Under the pieces are notes generated by a model that worked only from the letters and a program-made list of their open reading frames with translations, was not told the origin of the DNA and did no database searches. A DNA stretch of 64,000 nt from an uncultured delta proteobacterium (GTDB lineage Bacteria; Desulfobacterota; Binatia; UBA9968). Numbering within the stretch: the first letter of the stretch is position 1; every line of letters begins with the position of its first letter. Shown here piece after piece: positions 43,383-52,175 of this stretch. The stretch lies in the NCBI GenBank assembly GCA_963745035.1, contig CAVUVW010000002.1, positions 96,001-160,000 of the forward strand, given 5' to 3'. Both the position numbers and the translations under genes were made by a program.

Positions 43383-43398
43383 TGTCTAAAATTGAACA
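43383..43398. promoter_or_regulatory. Crp-like palindromic operator, site 9
   Basis: TGTCTAAAATTGAACA; minus-strand -10 TAAAAT at 43355-43360, gap 22 nt. Confidence 0.8.
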
Positions 43399-43470
43399 AA
43401 TCGGCGAAAAAATTGGCGACGATTTGAAGCTTGCACTTGAAGCGTTGTTGTTGCCGCGCATCGTGCAGCC

Positions 43471-43595
43471 TCAAGACTGTTTTTCCTTCATCGTCCGAAC
43501 GAGCTCGGCGAAGGAGGAGCGGGCGATGATGCGATCGAACGGGAGCGGTAGTTACCGACTACGCTGATGTCCTCGATCACCAGATCGTAGATTTT
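43471..43595 (-). pseudogene. mlaC: C-terminal remnant of MlaC/Ttg2D phospholipid-binding protein
   Basis: KIYDLVIEDISVVGNYRS/FDRIIARSSFAELVRTMKEKQS* with one frameshift and no start codon. Confidence 0.7.
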
Positions 43596-43690
43596 TAATC
43601 GACAAGGAGAACCAGTTTCGGCGATGCGCAACCGCAAGACCTTAGCTTACTTTGTTTTCGGTGAGCTTAATTGAATGACCGCTGGGTTAC

Positions 43691-43706
43691 CGTCTAATAT
43701 TGAACA
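43691..43706. promoter_or_regulatory. Crp-like palindromic operator, site 10
   Basis: CGTCTAATATTGAACA; minus-strand -10 TAAGCT at 43644-43649, gap 41 nt. Confidence 0.7.
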
Positions 43707-43877
43707 CTTGTGAAAGAAGTTTGGCATAAACACCAGGTTACACGGCGAACCGTTCAATGTCCCGTCCCTAAACTCCTGGCAAATCCAGAGTTGCGACTTA
43801 AGATCCCGAATCAAACTCTCGAACGGGGCGATGCCCTTTAAAGCTCAAGAAACAACGTGCACACTCCTAAACATTCC

Positions 43878-44137
43878 ATGACCGACCAATTTCCGGGGAT
43901 GCAGCGCAGCCGGCAAGCTGATGCCACGCTTGCGCGCCTCCCTACCGAACTCGTCGACCGGCTGACAAGGCCGTTTGCACAGTTCTTGCGCGTCGAGGCC
44001 GCAAGCGGCGTCTTGCTGTTGCTATCCACCGTCGCCGCTATAGTCCTTTAGAACTCTCCATGGGGCCCCGACTTTTTGAAGACTTGGAACATTCCGGTTG
44101 GTTTTCAAATAGGCTCCTGAAGTTCGCCCACTCATTG
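43878..44137 (+). pseudogene. nhaA: N-terminal remnant of Na+/H+ antiporter NhaA
   Basis: RLP.E.VDRLTRPF..FLRVEAASG.LLL...A..L*NSPW; internal stops and truncation. Confidence 0.75.
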
Positions 44138-44308
44138 ACACCCTCAATGCGGATGGATGAGCCACCTTTCACGGACCGCTAGACAACGTTTCGCACGGCG
44201 ACTGTCCTTAACGGGGAAAAATTGCATTCCTGAGAGCCGCCCTTTAAAGCCTAACGAACAAAGTGCATACTTGAACGTATCGCCGTACTGATCGTAGGGA
44301 GGCAAGTC

Positions 44309-44782
44309 ATGATCAAACGCATTATCGGTCCGGACACTATGGACTTATCGTCCGGCGGAGAGCGATGGTTAAATCTAGATACGTTAGCGCAGGTGGAGGT
44401 AACCTCGGAGGACGCGGCATATCCGGTGGAAATGGGATTGCTACCGCCAAGCAAATCCGGTTGGCGAGCCGCACAGCCGGGACCGCAGACCGTGCGTCTC
44501 GTTTTTGACAAACCGCAGAGAATTAAGCATGTGCAATTGCGGTTTCACGAAGATGAGTCGCCCCGCACTCAACAGTTTGTGTTGCGTTGGTCCGCAAACG
44601 GCGGGCGTACCTATCGTGAAATTGTCCGCCAGCAATACAATTTCAGTCCTCCCGACACGACGGACGAGCGCGAGGATTATACTCTTGATCTTGACGCCGT
44701 GACCAATCTTGAACTGAGCATCGTTCCGGACATCAGCGGCGGATCTGCCCGCGCCTCGCTCGCGCAGTTACGCCTGGCGTGA
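44309..44782 (+). CDS. Galactose-binding-like (discoidin/carbohydrate-binding) domain protein
   Basis: VEVTSED, GWRA..PG.Q..RL.FD.PQ and REIVRQQYNFSP motifs. Confidence 0.75.
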   Translation: MIKRIIGPDTMDLSSGGERWLNLDTLAQVEVTSEDAAYPVEMGLLPPSKSGWRAAQPGPQTVRLVFDKPQRIKHVQLRFHEDESPRTQQFVLRWSANGGRTYREIVRQQYNFSPPDTTDEREDYTLDLDAVTNLELSIVPDISGGSARASLAQLRLA

Positions 44783-45140
44783 GTACTGGAGGGCTTTCGC
44801 CTGATAAAGAAAATAAGTATGGGATGATCCATCGGGTGGCCCGCAAGCGGGGCACGGTCTCCGGCTGAGCCATGAATAATAGCGTTAAAATACCGCAACG
44901 CAATTCCACTGCACGTTTTGCCAAGCTCGTAGCAACCTCACGCGAGCTTGCAAAAAAGTCGGACGGGCTTCGCCGCAAGAGCGAGAGCCTGCTGATTTAC
45001 TCCGGGCAACTCAGACTGGATTCCCAAAGCTTAGTCGCCGTTGCGGCTTCAACTTCGAGCATCTCAGACAGGGACGCCGTCCTCTTACGCGAAAGGCAAA
45101 ACTTTGCATTGGGGGACCCTTCGCCTATCTCGCGTTAGTT

Positions 45141-45485
45141 CTAGCTCTTTTTCGCGTTTTCAACTTTAGCAAAACAACGCTCGATAAAGGCTCCTAACGG
45201 CCCTCCCGCTTGACGCCGCAAAATCTCAGCGAGGTCGCCCTTATTGAGCCAGATTCCTTCGCAACTTTCACAACGTTCGACAACAACGCCCTTGACTGTG
45301 TGCTGCGCCAGATTGCCAAGGCACTTTGGACAAGTCGCCATCAGCGCTTGTCGTTTGGTGGCGTCGGCCCTCTGATGCTCGCTCTTCATCCGTTCGACCA
45401 GTTCATGTTCGTGCACGGCAAAATAGCTGTCTTCATTGGTGCGCTCGTCGAAGGGTTCGCCGGGGCGATTGGTTTCGTTCTTCAT
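45141..45485 (-). CDS. zf-TFIIB-like zinc-ribbon protein
   Basis: CPKC...V.VE.C..C.GIWL..G.L; N-terminal E..YF motif. Confidence 0.85.
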   Translation of the reverse strand: MKNETNRPGEPFDERTNEDSYFAVHEHELVERMKSEHQRADATKRQALMATCPKCLGNLAQHTVKGVVVERCESCEGIWLNKGDLAEILRRQAGGPLGAFIERCFAKVENAKKS

Positions 45486-45636
45486 GAATTGGCCTCCTGA
45501 ATTTCGCGTTCACGCTCGAAGCACTTGGATTACCTAGGGCTTTCGACCGGAGTCAATTTACAAATGGCTGCTTCAGCCAAACCGTCGTCTTTCCTCTCAA
45601 TAGTAACCAGCGGCGGCGCGATTCAAAAACGCAGAT

Positions 45637-45652
45637 TGTCTAAAACTGAACA
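45637..45652. promoter_or_regulatory. Crp-like palindromic operator, site 11
   Basis: TGTCTAAAACTGAACA; minus-strand -10 TACTAT at 45600-45605, gap 31 nt. Confidence 0.78.
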
Positions 45653-45814
45653 CTCTGAAATCGAGTTATCGGCGATCACGGAGGCTGGATGACCCGGCGA
45701 GATTTCCGCTGTGCCAGTGCGGCGCACATGATGGAAGGGCGGTGAAAGGCGGAGTGATGGGCCTTCTAAAAGATGCTGCCGCAATCGGAAGATTTGTTTA
45801 GCGCCGGAAAGTAC

Positions 45815-46495
45815 CTACGCGATCTGGGCCAGATAATCGCTCAGTTTTTTTTCTTTGATGATGAAGAAGCGATCTTCGTTGGTTTCGATCAATCCCAGGT
45901 GATGGAAGCGCTGCATGAACAAACTGATCCGCGGCCGCGTCGTGCCGACCATCTCGGACAGCTCTTCATGGGTGATCTTGAGCTCGATGCGGATGCTGCG
46001 CGGATCTTTCTTGCCCATCGTGCGCGCTAACTGCAACAGCGTCTGGCCCAATCGCTGCTCGCTGTCCACCGTCACAAGATTGGCGATGACCTGCTGCTGA
46101 TCGGCGATCCGCACGGCCAGGTAGCGCACAAAGCCTTCGAACAGGGAATCCCGTTTCAGACGCGTAAAAAATTGTGCGGAAGGTATGAGCTTTAAGATCG
46201 TTGCTTTCATCGCCGTAGCGGTTTCCAAACGCGCTCCCAACCCGGACAGACACAGCTCGCCGAAAATATCGCCGCCGCCATGGATGGCCAAAAGGCATTC
46301 TCTGCCTTCAGACGACAGCATCAGCAGTTTGACCTGACCGCTCTCGATGAAATAGACCATCTCGTCTTGATCGCCGCTGTTGTAGACACTGGCATGCCGG
46401 GCGACCTTGATCGCCCGAGTGTTGAGGGTCTCACGCTGCAAAGAATCACGCAGTTGTCGCTTGAATTCGTCGGCTTGAGGAGTCTGTTGAATCAT
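45815..46495 (-). CDS. Crp/Fnr family transcriptional regulator, copy 2 (intact)
   Basis: cNMP-type barrel (VYFIESG.VKL, FGE) plus HTH ITHEELSEMVGTTRPRISLFM. Confidence 0.95.
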   Translation of the reverse strand: MIQQTPQADEFKRQLRDSLQRETLNTRAIKVARHASVYNSGDQDEMVYFIESGQVKLLMLSSEGRECLLAIHGGGDIFGELCLSGLGARLETATAMKATILKLIPSAQFFTRLKRDSLFEGFVRYLAVRIADQQQVIANLVTVDSEQRLGQTLLQLARTMGKKDPRSIRIELKITHEELSEMVGTTRPRISLFMQRFHHLGLIETNEDRFFIIKEKKLSDYLAQIA

Positions 46496-46850
46496 GTTCG
46501 TGGCTCCTTTCCGTGACGATATTGCGAGAAGTAAACGTCCTTTAGCACCGTCCCCTATTCCGCGGCTCCGTCCTTGGCAAGGAAATCCTCGTTGACCAAG
46601 AGGCCGGGGTGCTCGGTGGGCAGACCGCGATTCTGCCCCTTCGTCTTATATACCAAGACGCTTGGAAGGGTTCCACATCGACGGGGTGTCACGTTTAAAG
46701 TTACCGAGGACGCGCCATGGAACTTCATTTTGAATCACCCCCGGGTTCCTGCTTTTATCATAACCTTCAACTCGGTCAGACTCCTGCATTGTGACCGTAA
46801 TCTTACGAGGACGGAGCGATTCTGGCCGAAATTGACCAATTCAATCTTTC

Positions 46851-47793
46851 TTAGGCGTCATTATTCAACCGATCCAGGCAAGCACGAACACTGCCGGTCG
46901 CCATGGCGATGCTCGTGTCGGAGGCGCCGTAGTAGAGACGCAGGGTATCGCCATCGGGCGCGAGGGTCGTTCCGCAAGGAAAAACCACGTTGTCAACGTC
47001 ACCGCGCTGCTCATAGATCTTTTTGCGGACCGAAGACCCATTCATCGCTGCGTTTCAAGCAGCGCTCGGGCGCTTCCAAAGCAAACAATGCAAGGCCCAG
47101 TCGATAAATCGCGCCGGCAGCCGTCTGACGCACGCCGTGATAGATCACCAACCAGCCTTGCGGCGTCAGTATGGGAGGTGGAGATAGGCCTATTTTGTTG
47201 GCGTCCCACCAGGCGCCGCGGCGTGCTTCGAGCATCAGCTTGTGGTTGCCCCAGTGGCATAGGTTCTCGGAAAAAGAGATCCACATATGCGCGCGGGGCG
47301 CGCTCACCGGGCGGTGAACCAAAGCCCACTGACCGCGGATCCGATGGGGAAGCAGCGCGGCGTCTTTGTCTTCGGGCGGCATGATCACGCCATAGCGCTC
47401 GAAGTCGCGAAAATTCTCCGTGAGCGCCAACGAAACCCCCGGGCCGTCGCGCGTGTACGCGGTGTAGACCACTGCGTATTTTTTTAGTTCTTCGACGTAA
47501 GTGATGCGCGGATCCTCGATACCCCATAATTCTTCCGGATAACGTTCCGGATCGGCGGGCATCGTCGGCTGGGACTCGATCTGCCAATGATCCACGCCAT
47601 TTACAGAGCGCGCGACGCAAAAATGAGAATGTCCCCGGCGATCTTCGACGCGGCATAACAAGAGCGTGGTGCCGTCGGGCAGCAATGTGGCGCCCGGGTT
47701 GAAAACGCTGTTTACCGGATAAGGCCAATCGGCGGCGCTTAAAATCGGGTTGTGTGTGTGACGTTGAAAGAGCTCGACATGATGATTGGCCAT
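46851..47793 (-). CDS. GH130-family glycoside phosphorylase/hydrolase, frameshift near 47020
   Basis: VFNPGA, GIEDPR, DKDA, HRP and YHG; C-terminal GDV.NVVFPCG and YYGA.D in the next frame. Confidence 0.88.
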
Positions 47794-50085
47794 TTAAGAT
47801 CCTGCCTCCACGGTCAGGAGTGTATTTTCAGCCAGGCGCAGTTCCAGGACGGCCTGGAGAAAGGCCAGGGAAGACTCCGCGCCCTGATTTTCGTTCGGAC
47901 GGTCGGCATGCAAGCCGTCCCGGCAACCACCCGTCGTCGGGTCGTAAATAGGAAGGTCAAGATCGTTGCGGCCGAGAAACCAGTCGAAAGCGCGGCGCGC
48001 TTCCTTGTACCAGTTCTTGTCGCCTGTGACTCGATGCGCTTCGAGGCAAGCAGACACCATGGCTTGAGCTTCCACCGGCTGCTGATCGAAGCGAGCGCGT
48101 TCACCGCCGCGCTTGTAAAAACCGTTGGAGCCGATGGGCACAAAATGACCGCCGTTGGTCTTGTCGCGCTGAAGATCAGCAAGCCACGTGAGAGACTCGA
48201 GCGCGGCGTCGTTAATGGTTCTGTTCGGTATCGATTGACCGCACATCAGAAATGCGTGGGGCAGCGCGGCGTTGCAATAACTCAGACTCTTTTCAAACCA
48301 GCGCCATTCATCCGAGCGATTTGCTTGATACAACGTGAGCAGCCGCCCAGCCAATTCCTCGCGCACCTGACTGGCCCGTCGGTCGCCGTCGTAGCGGCGC
48401 AGATATTCGTGAATGCCGATCAGCGCGAAGGCCCACGCCCGAGGACTGGTGGTCGTGAGAATCGCGGGCAATGCTTGCTCGAATAGCCGTCCCGCCATGC
48501 TCTGGAGACCGGGTGTGTTAGAGCGGCCCAACAGCGTGCCCAACGCGCATAGGGTGCGGCCGTGGCTGTCGTCTGAACCGCTCGCCTCCAACCAATTGCG
48601 CTGGTAATCCATAAAATTGCGAAAGCGTTTGGTCTCGCCGTTGAAGGCGTAGCAGATGAAAGCGAGATAGCGCGAGGTCATCTCGGAGACTTCGGAGTGG
48701 CCCAGTTCATTCGCTAAAACACTTACCATCAGCGCTCTGGCATTGTCGTCAACGGTGTAACCTTCCCGGTAGTTGGGCAATGTGAAGAGCGCGTGCTGCA
48801 ACATGCCGGTATCATCGGTCATGCGCCGCAGGTGATCCAGCTTGAGCGGCGGAAGCTCCGCCGGCCGCTTGTCGAGCGGCTTCACCGCGAAAACGCTCGG
48901 TGTGAAATTGCGTTTCTCGGCTCTCGCGCGGGCAAAACTCTCGAGATAGCGCCGCGCCACCTGCGGCCAAATCATCTCCCGTCCGAACATATAAGCGCGC
49001 TTGCGCATCGCGTGGCGCTTGGACTCGTTGTCCAGCAGGTCGATGACTTGCGCGCCTAACGCCGGCGGATCGCGGAACGGCACCAACACGCCGCGTTCGT
49101 CGGCCAACATCTCTTCAGCGTACCAATAAGGCGTCGAGATGACGGCCTTACCCGCGCCGAGCGTATAGGCCAGCGTGCCCGAAACGATCTGTGCAGGATT
49201 CTGATAGGGTGTTACGTAAATATCGGCCGCGCCGATGAATTCGACCAATTCTTCCAACGTGACAAACTGATTGTAAAAAATAACTTGGCCTTCGACGCCT
49301 TTTTCCTGCGCCAGTCGCTGCAAGGACAAACGATAGGTTTCACCGTCCTGCTGCTTGACGTGGGGATGGGTGGCGCCGACGATGAAGTACACGACGTTTG
49401 GATGCTTGGCGAGTATCGCCGGCAAAGCCGCGATAACATTTTCGATCCCTTTGTTCGCGGACAGCAAGCCGAAGCTGAGCAAGACGATCTTGCCCTCGAC
49501 GCCGAAGAGATCTTTATGGAATCCGGGGTCGACGAAGGCTAGATCGGGAATGCCATGCGGGATGAGATCAATTTTCGCCTGTGGGACCCGGTAAATCTCG
49601 CGCAAGAACGTTGCGGCGCGCTCGCTCATGACGACCACGCGATCGGATAACGCCGCCACTTCCTCCAAGACCCGGCGCTGGTGCGTATCCGGTTCGCGCA
49701 GAATCGTGTGAAGCGTGGTTACGATGGGCATGCGCAATTCTCGCAGCAGTGCCAAGATATGACTGCCGGCACGGCCGCCGAAGATGCCGTACTCGAACTG
49801 CAGCGACACGACATCCACGCTATTGATATTCAAGAAATCAGCGGCGCGACGGTAAGAGTCGATGTCCTTTTCAACCAGTTCGAAACGCACCCTGGATGGG
49901 TACGCATAGCCCGATTCGACGTCGTTTACCGGCAGGGCGATGCACGTTGCGCCGGGGTGCTCGACGGCAACCGCCTCACACAAGTCCGTCGTAAACGTGG
50001 CAATACCGCATTGGCGCGGCAGGTAGTTGCCTATAAATGCAATGCGATCGCTGTCTGATTGGTTCGAATGCCGATCCATGAACAT
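47794..50085 (-). CDS. GT4 glycosyltransferase fused to a C-terminal (alpha/alpha)-barrel-like domain
   Basis: PRQCGIATFT, EYGIFGG and SGTL; DDTG..QHA, DDNARAL, FDQQP.E and NQGAES. Confidence 0.9.
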   Translation of the reverse strand: MFMDRHSNQSDSDRIAFIGNYLPRQCGIATFTTDLCEAVAVEHPGATCIALPVNDVESGYAYPSRVRFELVEKDIDSYRRAADFLNINSVDVVSLQFEYGIFGGRAGSHILALLRELRMPIVTTLHTILREPDTHQRRVLEEVAALSDRVVVMSERAATFLREIYRVPQAKIDLIPHGIPDLAFVDPGFHKDLFGVEGKIVLLSFGLLSANKGIENVIAALPAILAKHPNVVYFIVGATHPHVKQQDGETYRLSLQRLAQEKGVEGQVIFYNQFVTLEELVEFIGAADIYVTPYQNPAQIVSGTLAYTLGAGKAVISTPYWYAEEMLADERGVLVPFRDPPALGAQVIDLLDNESKRHAMRKRAYMFGREMIWPQVARRYLESFARARAEKRNFTPSVFAVKPLDKRPAELPPLKLDHLRRMTDDTGMLQHALFTLPNYREGYTVDDNARALMVSVLANELGHSEVSEMTSRYLAFICYAFNGETKRFRNFMDYQRNWLEASGSDDSHGRTLCALGTLLGRSNTPGLQSMAGRLFEQALPAILTTTSPRAWAFALIGIHEYLRRYDGDRRASQVREELAGRLLTLYQANRSDEWRWFEKSLSYCNAALPHAFLMCGQSIPNRTINDAALESLTWLADLQRDKTNGGHFVPIGSNGFYKRGGERARFDQQPVEAQAMVSACLEAHRVTGDKNWYKEARRAFDWFLGRNDLDLPIYDPTTGGCRDGLHADRPNENQGAESSLAFLQAVLELRLAENTLLTVEAGS

Positions 50086-50135
50086 CTCCTACTCTTTGGC
50101 TGCTCTTTGCTCGCTCTTTCCGGGTGCAGAAACGC

Positions 50136-50167
50136 AAAGAGGCGGTACCCATGGGAACCGCCTCTTT
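50136..50167 (-). terminator. Terminator-like hairpin in the leader of the GT4-GH130 operon
   Basis: AAAGAGGCGGTTCCCATGGGTACCGCCTCTTT followed by GCGTTTCT on the minus strand. Confidence 0.55.
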
Positions 50168-50385
50168 AAGACCCGGTCAAGATTGGACCGAGCATGCGCT
50201 GATTGGACTTTGGGATACCAACAATTACATCGATCGTGAGTATATCAGAGTTTGTTCCTAAAGATAGCTTCGGTCATATCGCCAGAATACTTTTGTCAGG
50301 GCTCGCAACGAGCCTAGCAGCGCCGATGAAAAATGTCTAAACTCCTAGTCAGACCAATAACATCGGCTTTTGCAGAAAAGGATGC

Positions 50386-50667
50386 ATGATGAAGCTCGGA
50401 CTACTCGCTGTGATGTTGCTGATTGTGGCCTGCGCTCCGTCTCAACCCTACCGCCCCGGACCAGCTCCCTACTCCGGAAGCTCAGGAAGCGGAACTAGCG
50501 CCGGAACGAGCAGCAGCGCCGTCACCACCCAGACCAAGCCTGCCACCAGCTATAGCCAAGACACAGTCGAATGTGAACGCAAGGCCGCGCTCTCTCAAGC
50601 CGGCAGCAAAGGGGAAGCCTTCGCGAAATGCATGCGGGAAAAGGGGCACTCGCCGGGCCGAAACTAG
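50386..50667 (+). CDS. Small lipoprotein
   Basis: Lipobox IVAC, Ser/Gly/Thr linker, EC...CM..KG motif. Confidence 0.75.
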   Translation: MMKLGLLAVMLLIVACAPSQPYRPGPAPYSGSSGSGTSAGTSSSAVTTQTKPATSYSQDTVECERKAALSQAGSKGEAFAKCMREKGHSPGRN

Positions 50668-50838
50668 TTTGAGAGATTCCGGCGCCCGTCGCTAAATCCT
50701 CGCAGCGCAGACTTGGCGCCTCGAGATCCAACATGCCGGTCGTCGCGCTACACCGCATTTGACAGTTGACACGCCCGCACCAGGTTCATTAGTGTTCGGC
50801 TGCTGGCGGTATACATTTCCCAGAAGGGAAACTCGCTC

Positions 50839-52134
50839 GTGAAGAGAGTATTGGCCATAATCTTGGGTGGCGGCGCCGGCACCCGGCTCTATCCGCTCAC
50901 CAAGCTCCGTGCCAAACCGGCGGTTCCGCTCGGCGCCAAGTACCGGCTGATCGATATTCCGATCAGCAACTGCATCAATTCTGAAATCCAAAGAATCTAC
51001 GTCTTGACCCAGTTCAATTCCGCCTCGCTCAACCGCCATATCGCGCGCACCTATCATTTGGCGGGAGCCGGCTTCTCTCAGGGATTCGTCGAGGTGCTGG
51101 CCGCCCAACAAACTCAAGATAACCCGAGCTGGTTCGAAGGAACCGCCGACGCGGTGCGCAAGTATTTGTGGCTGTTCGCGGAGTTGGATGTCGATCAATA
51201 TCTGATTCTCTCCGGCGACCATCTGTACCGGATGAACTACGCGGATTTCATCTATCGTCATCGCCAGACTCGGGCCGATGTCACGATATCGGTAGTGCCG
51301 ATGGATGAGCAGCGGGCGTCCGACTTCGGATTGATGAAGATCGACAAGCAGGGGCGAGTAACCGCTTTCAATGAAAAACCGAAAGGCGCTGCGCTAAAGA
51401 AGAGCCAGGTGGACACAACCGTTCTCGGACTGCCGCCGGAAGAAGCGCAGAATTCACCTTATATCGCGTCGATGGGCATTTATGTTTTCGAGAAGCAGGT
51501 ACTGCACCATCTCTTGACCCGGGCGCCTGACTGCACCGATTTCGGCAGAGAAATTCTGCCCGCGGCCTTGAGCAGCCACAACGTCCAAGCCTACCTCTTC
51601 AACGATTACTGGGAAGACATCGGGACCGTCGAATCGTTTTACAACGCCAATCTTGCGCTGACGGAACAGCCCGACCCGCCCTTCAGCTTCTATGACGAAA
51701 AGGCGCCGATCTACACGCGCTCGCGCTATCTGCCGCCGACGAAGCTGCTCGACAGCAAGGTCATCGAATCCATGATCGGCGAGGGCTGCATCCTCAAAGA
51801 GTGCACGGTCAAACGATCCGTCATCGGCATCCGCTCGCGCATCGAAACCGGCTGCGTCATCGACAATGCTTTGTTGATGGGATCGGACTTTTACGAATCG
51901 CCCGCGGAGCGCGCGCAGTGCCTGGAAAGCGGCAAGGTTCCCCTCGGAGTCGGCGCCCATACGACGATTCGCAAAGCGATCATCGACAAAAATGCGCGCA
52001 TCGGCCGCAACGTTCAGATCGTGAATCAAGACGGCGTGATCGAGTGCAGCCGGGAAGATCTCGGCTTCGTGATCCAGAACGGCATCGTCGTGATCATCAA
52101 AAACGCCACGATTCCGGACGGGACGATCATCTAG
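50839..52134 (+). CDS. glgC: Glucose-1-phosphate adenylyltransferase (ADP-glucose pyrophosphorylase), cyanobacterial/plant type
   Basis: [34 protein letters not shown] and YWEDIGT; C-terminus [17 protein letters not shown]. Confidence 0.97.
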   Translation: MKRVLAIILGGGAGTRLYPLTKLRAKPAVPLGAKYRLIDIPISNCINSEIQRIYVLTQFNSASLNRHIARTYHLAGAGFSQGFVEVLAAQQTQDNPSWFEGTADAVRKYLWLFAELDVDQYLILSGDHLYRMNYADFIYRHRQTRADVTISVVPMDEQRASDFGLMKIDKQGRVTAFNEKPKGAALKKSQVDTTVLGLPPEEAQNSPYIASMGIYVFEKQVLHHLLTRAPDCTDFGREILPAALSSHNVQAYLFNDYWEDIGTVESFYNANLALTEQPDPPFSFYDEKAPIYTRSRYLPPTKLLDSKVIESMIGEGCILKECTVKRSVIGIRSRIETGCVIDNALLMGSDFYESPAERAQCLESGKVPLGVGAHTTIRKAIIDKNARIGRNVQIVNQDGVIECSREDLGFVIQNGIVVIIKNATIPDGTII

Positions 52135-52175
52135 TCAGACTCTGCGGCTCTTCACCCAATTGGCCTTTGGCAGAT

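Noticed and set aside
43720-43877. nhaA-associated riboswitch upstream of the nhaA remnant
   Set aside because: I could not recognise the consensus by eye; an Rfam scan is needed.
44872-45138. 88-aa plus-strand ORF
   Set aside because: No clear Shine-Dalgarno or recognisable motif, so it is left uncalled.
46823-46838. TGGCCGAAATTGACCA as an autoregulatory operator upstream of Crp copy 2
   Set aside because: Both half-sites deviate from TGTYY/RRACV, and the spacing does not fit the 21/31/41 pattern. Not counted.
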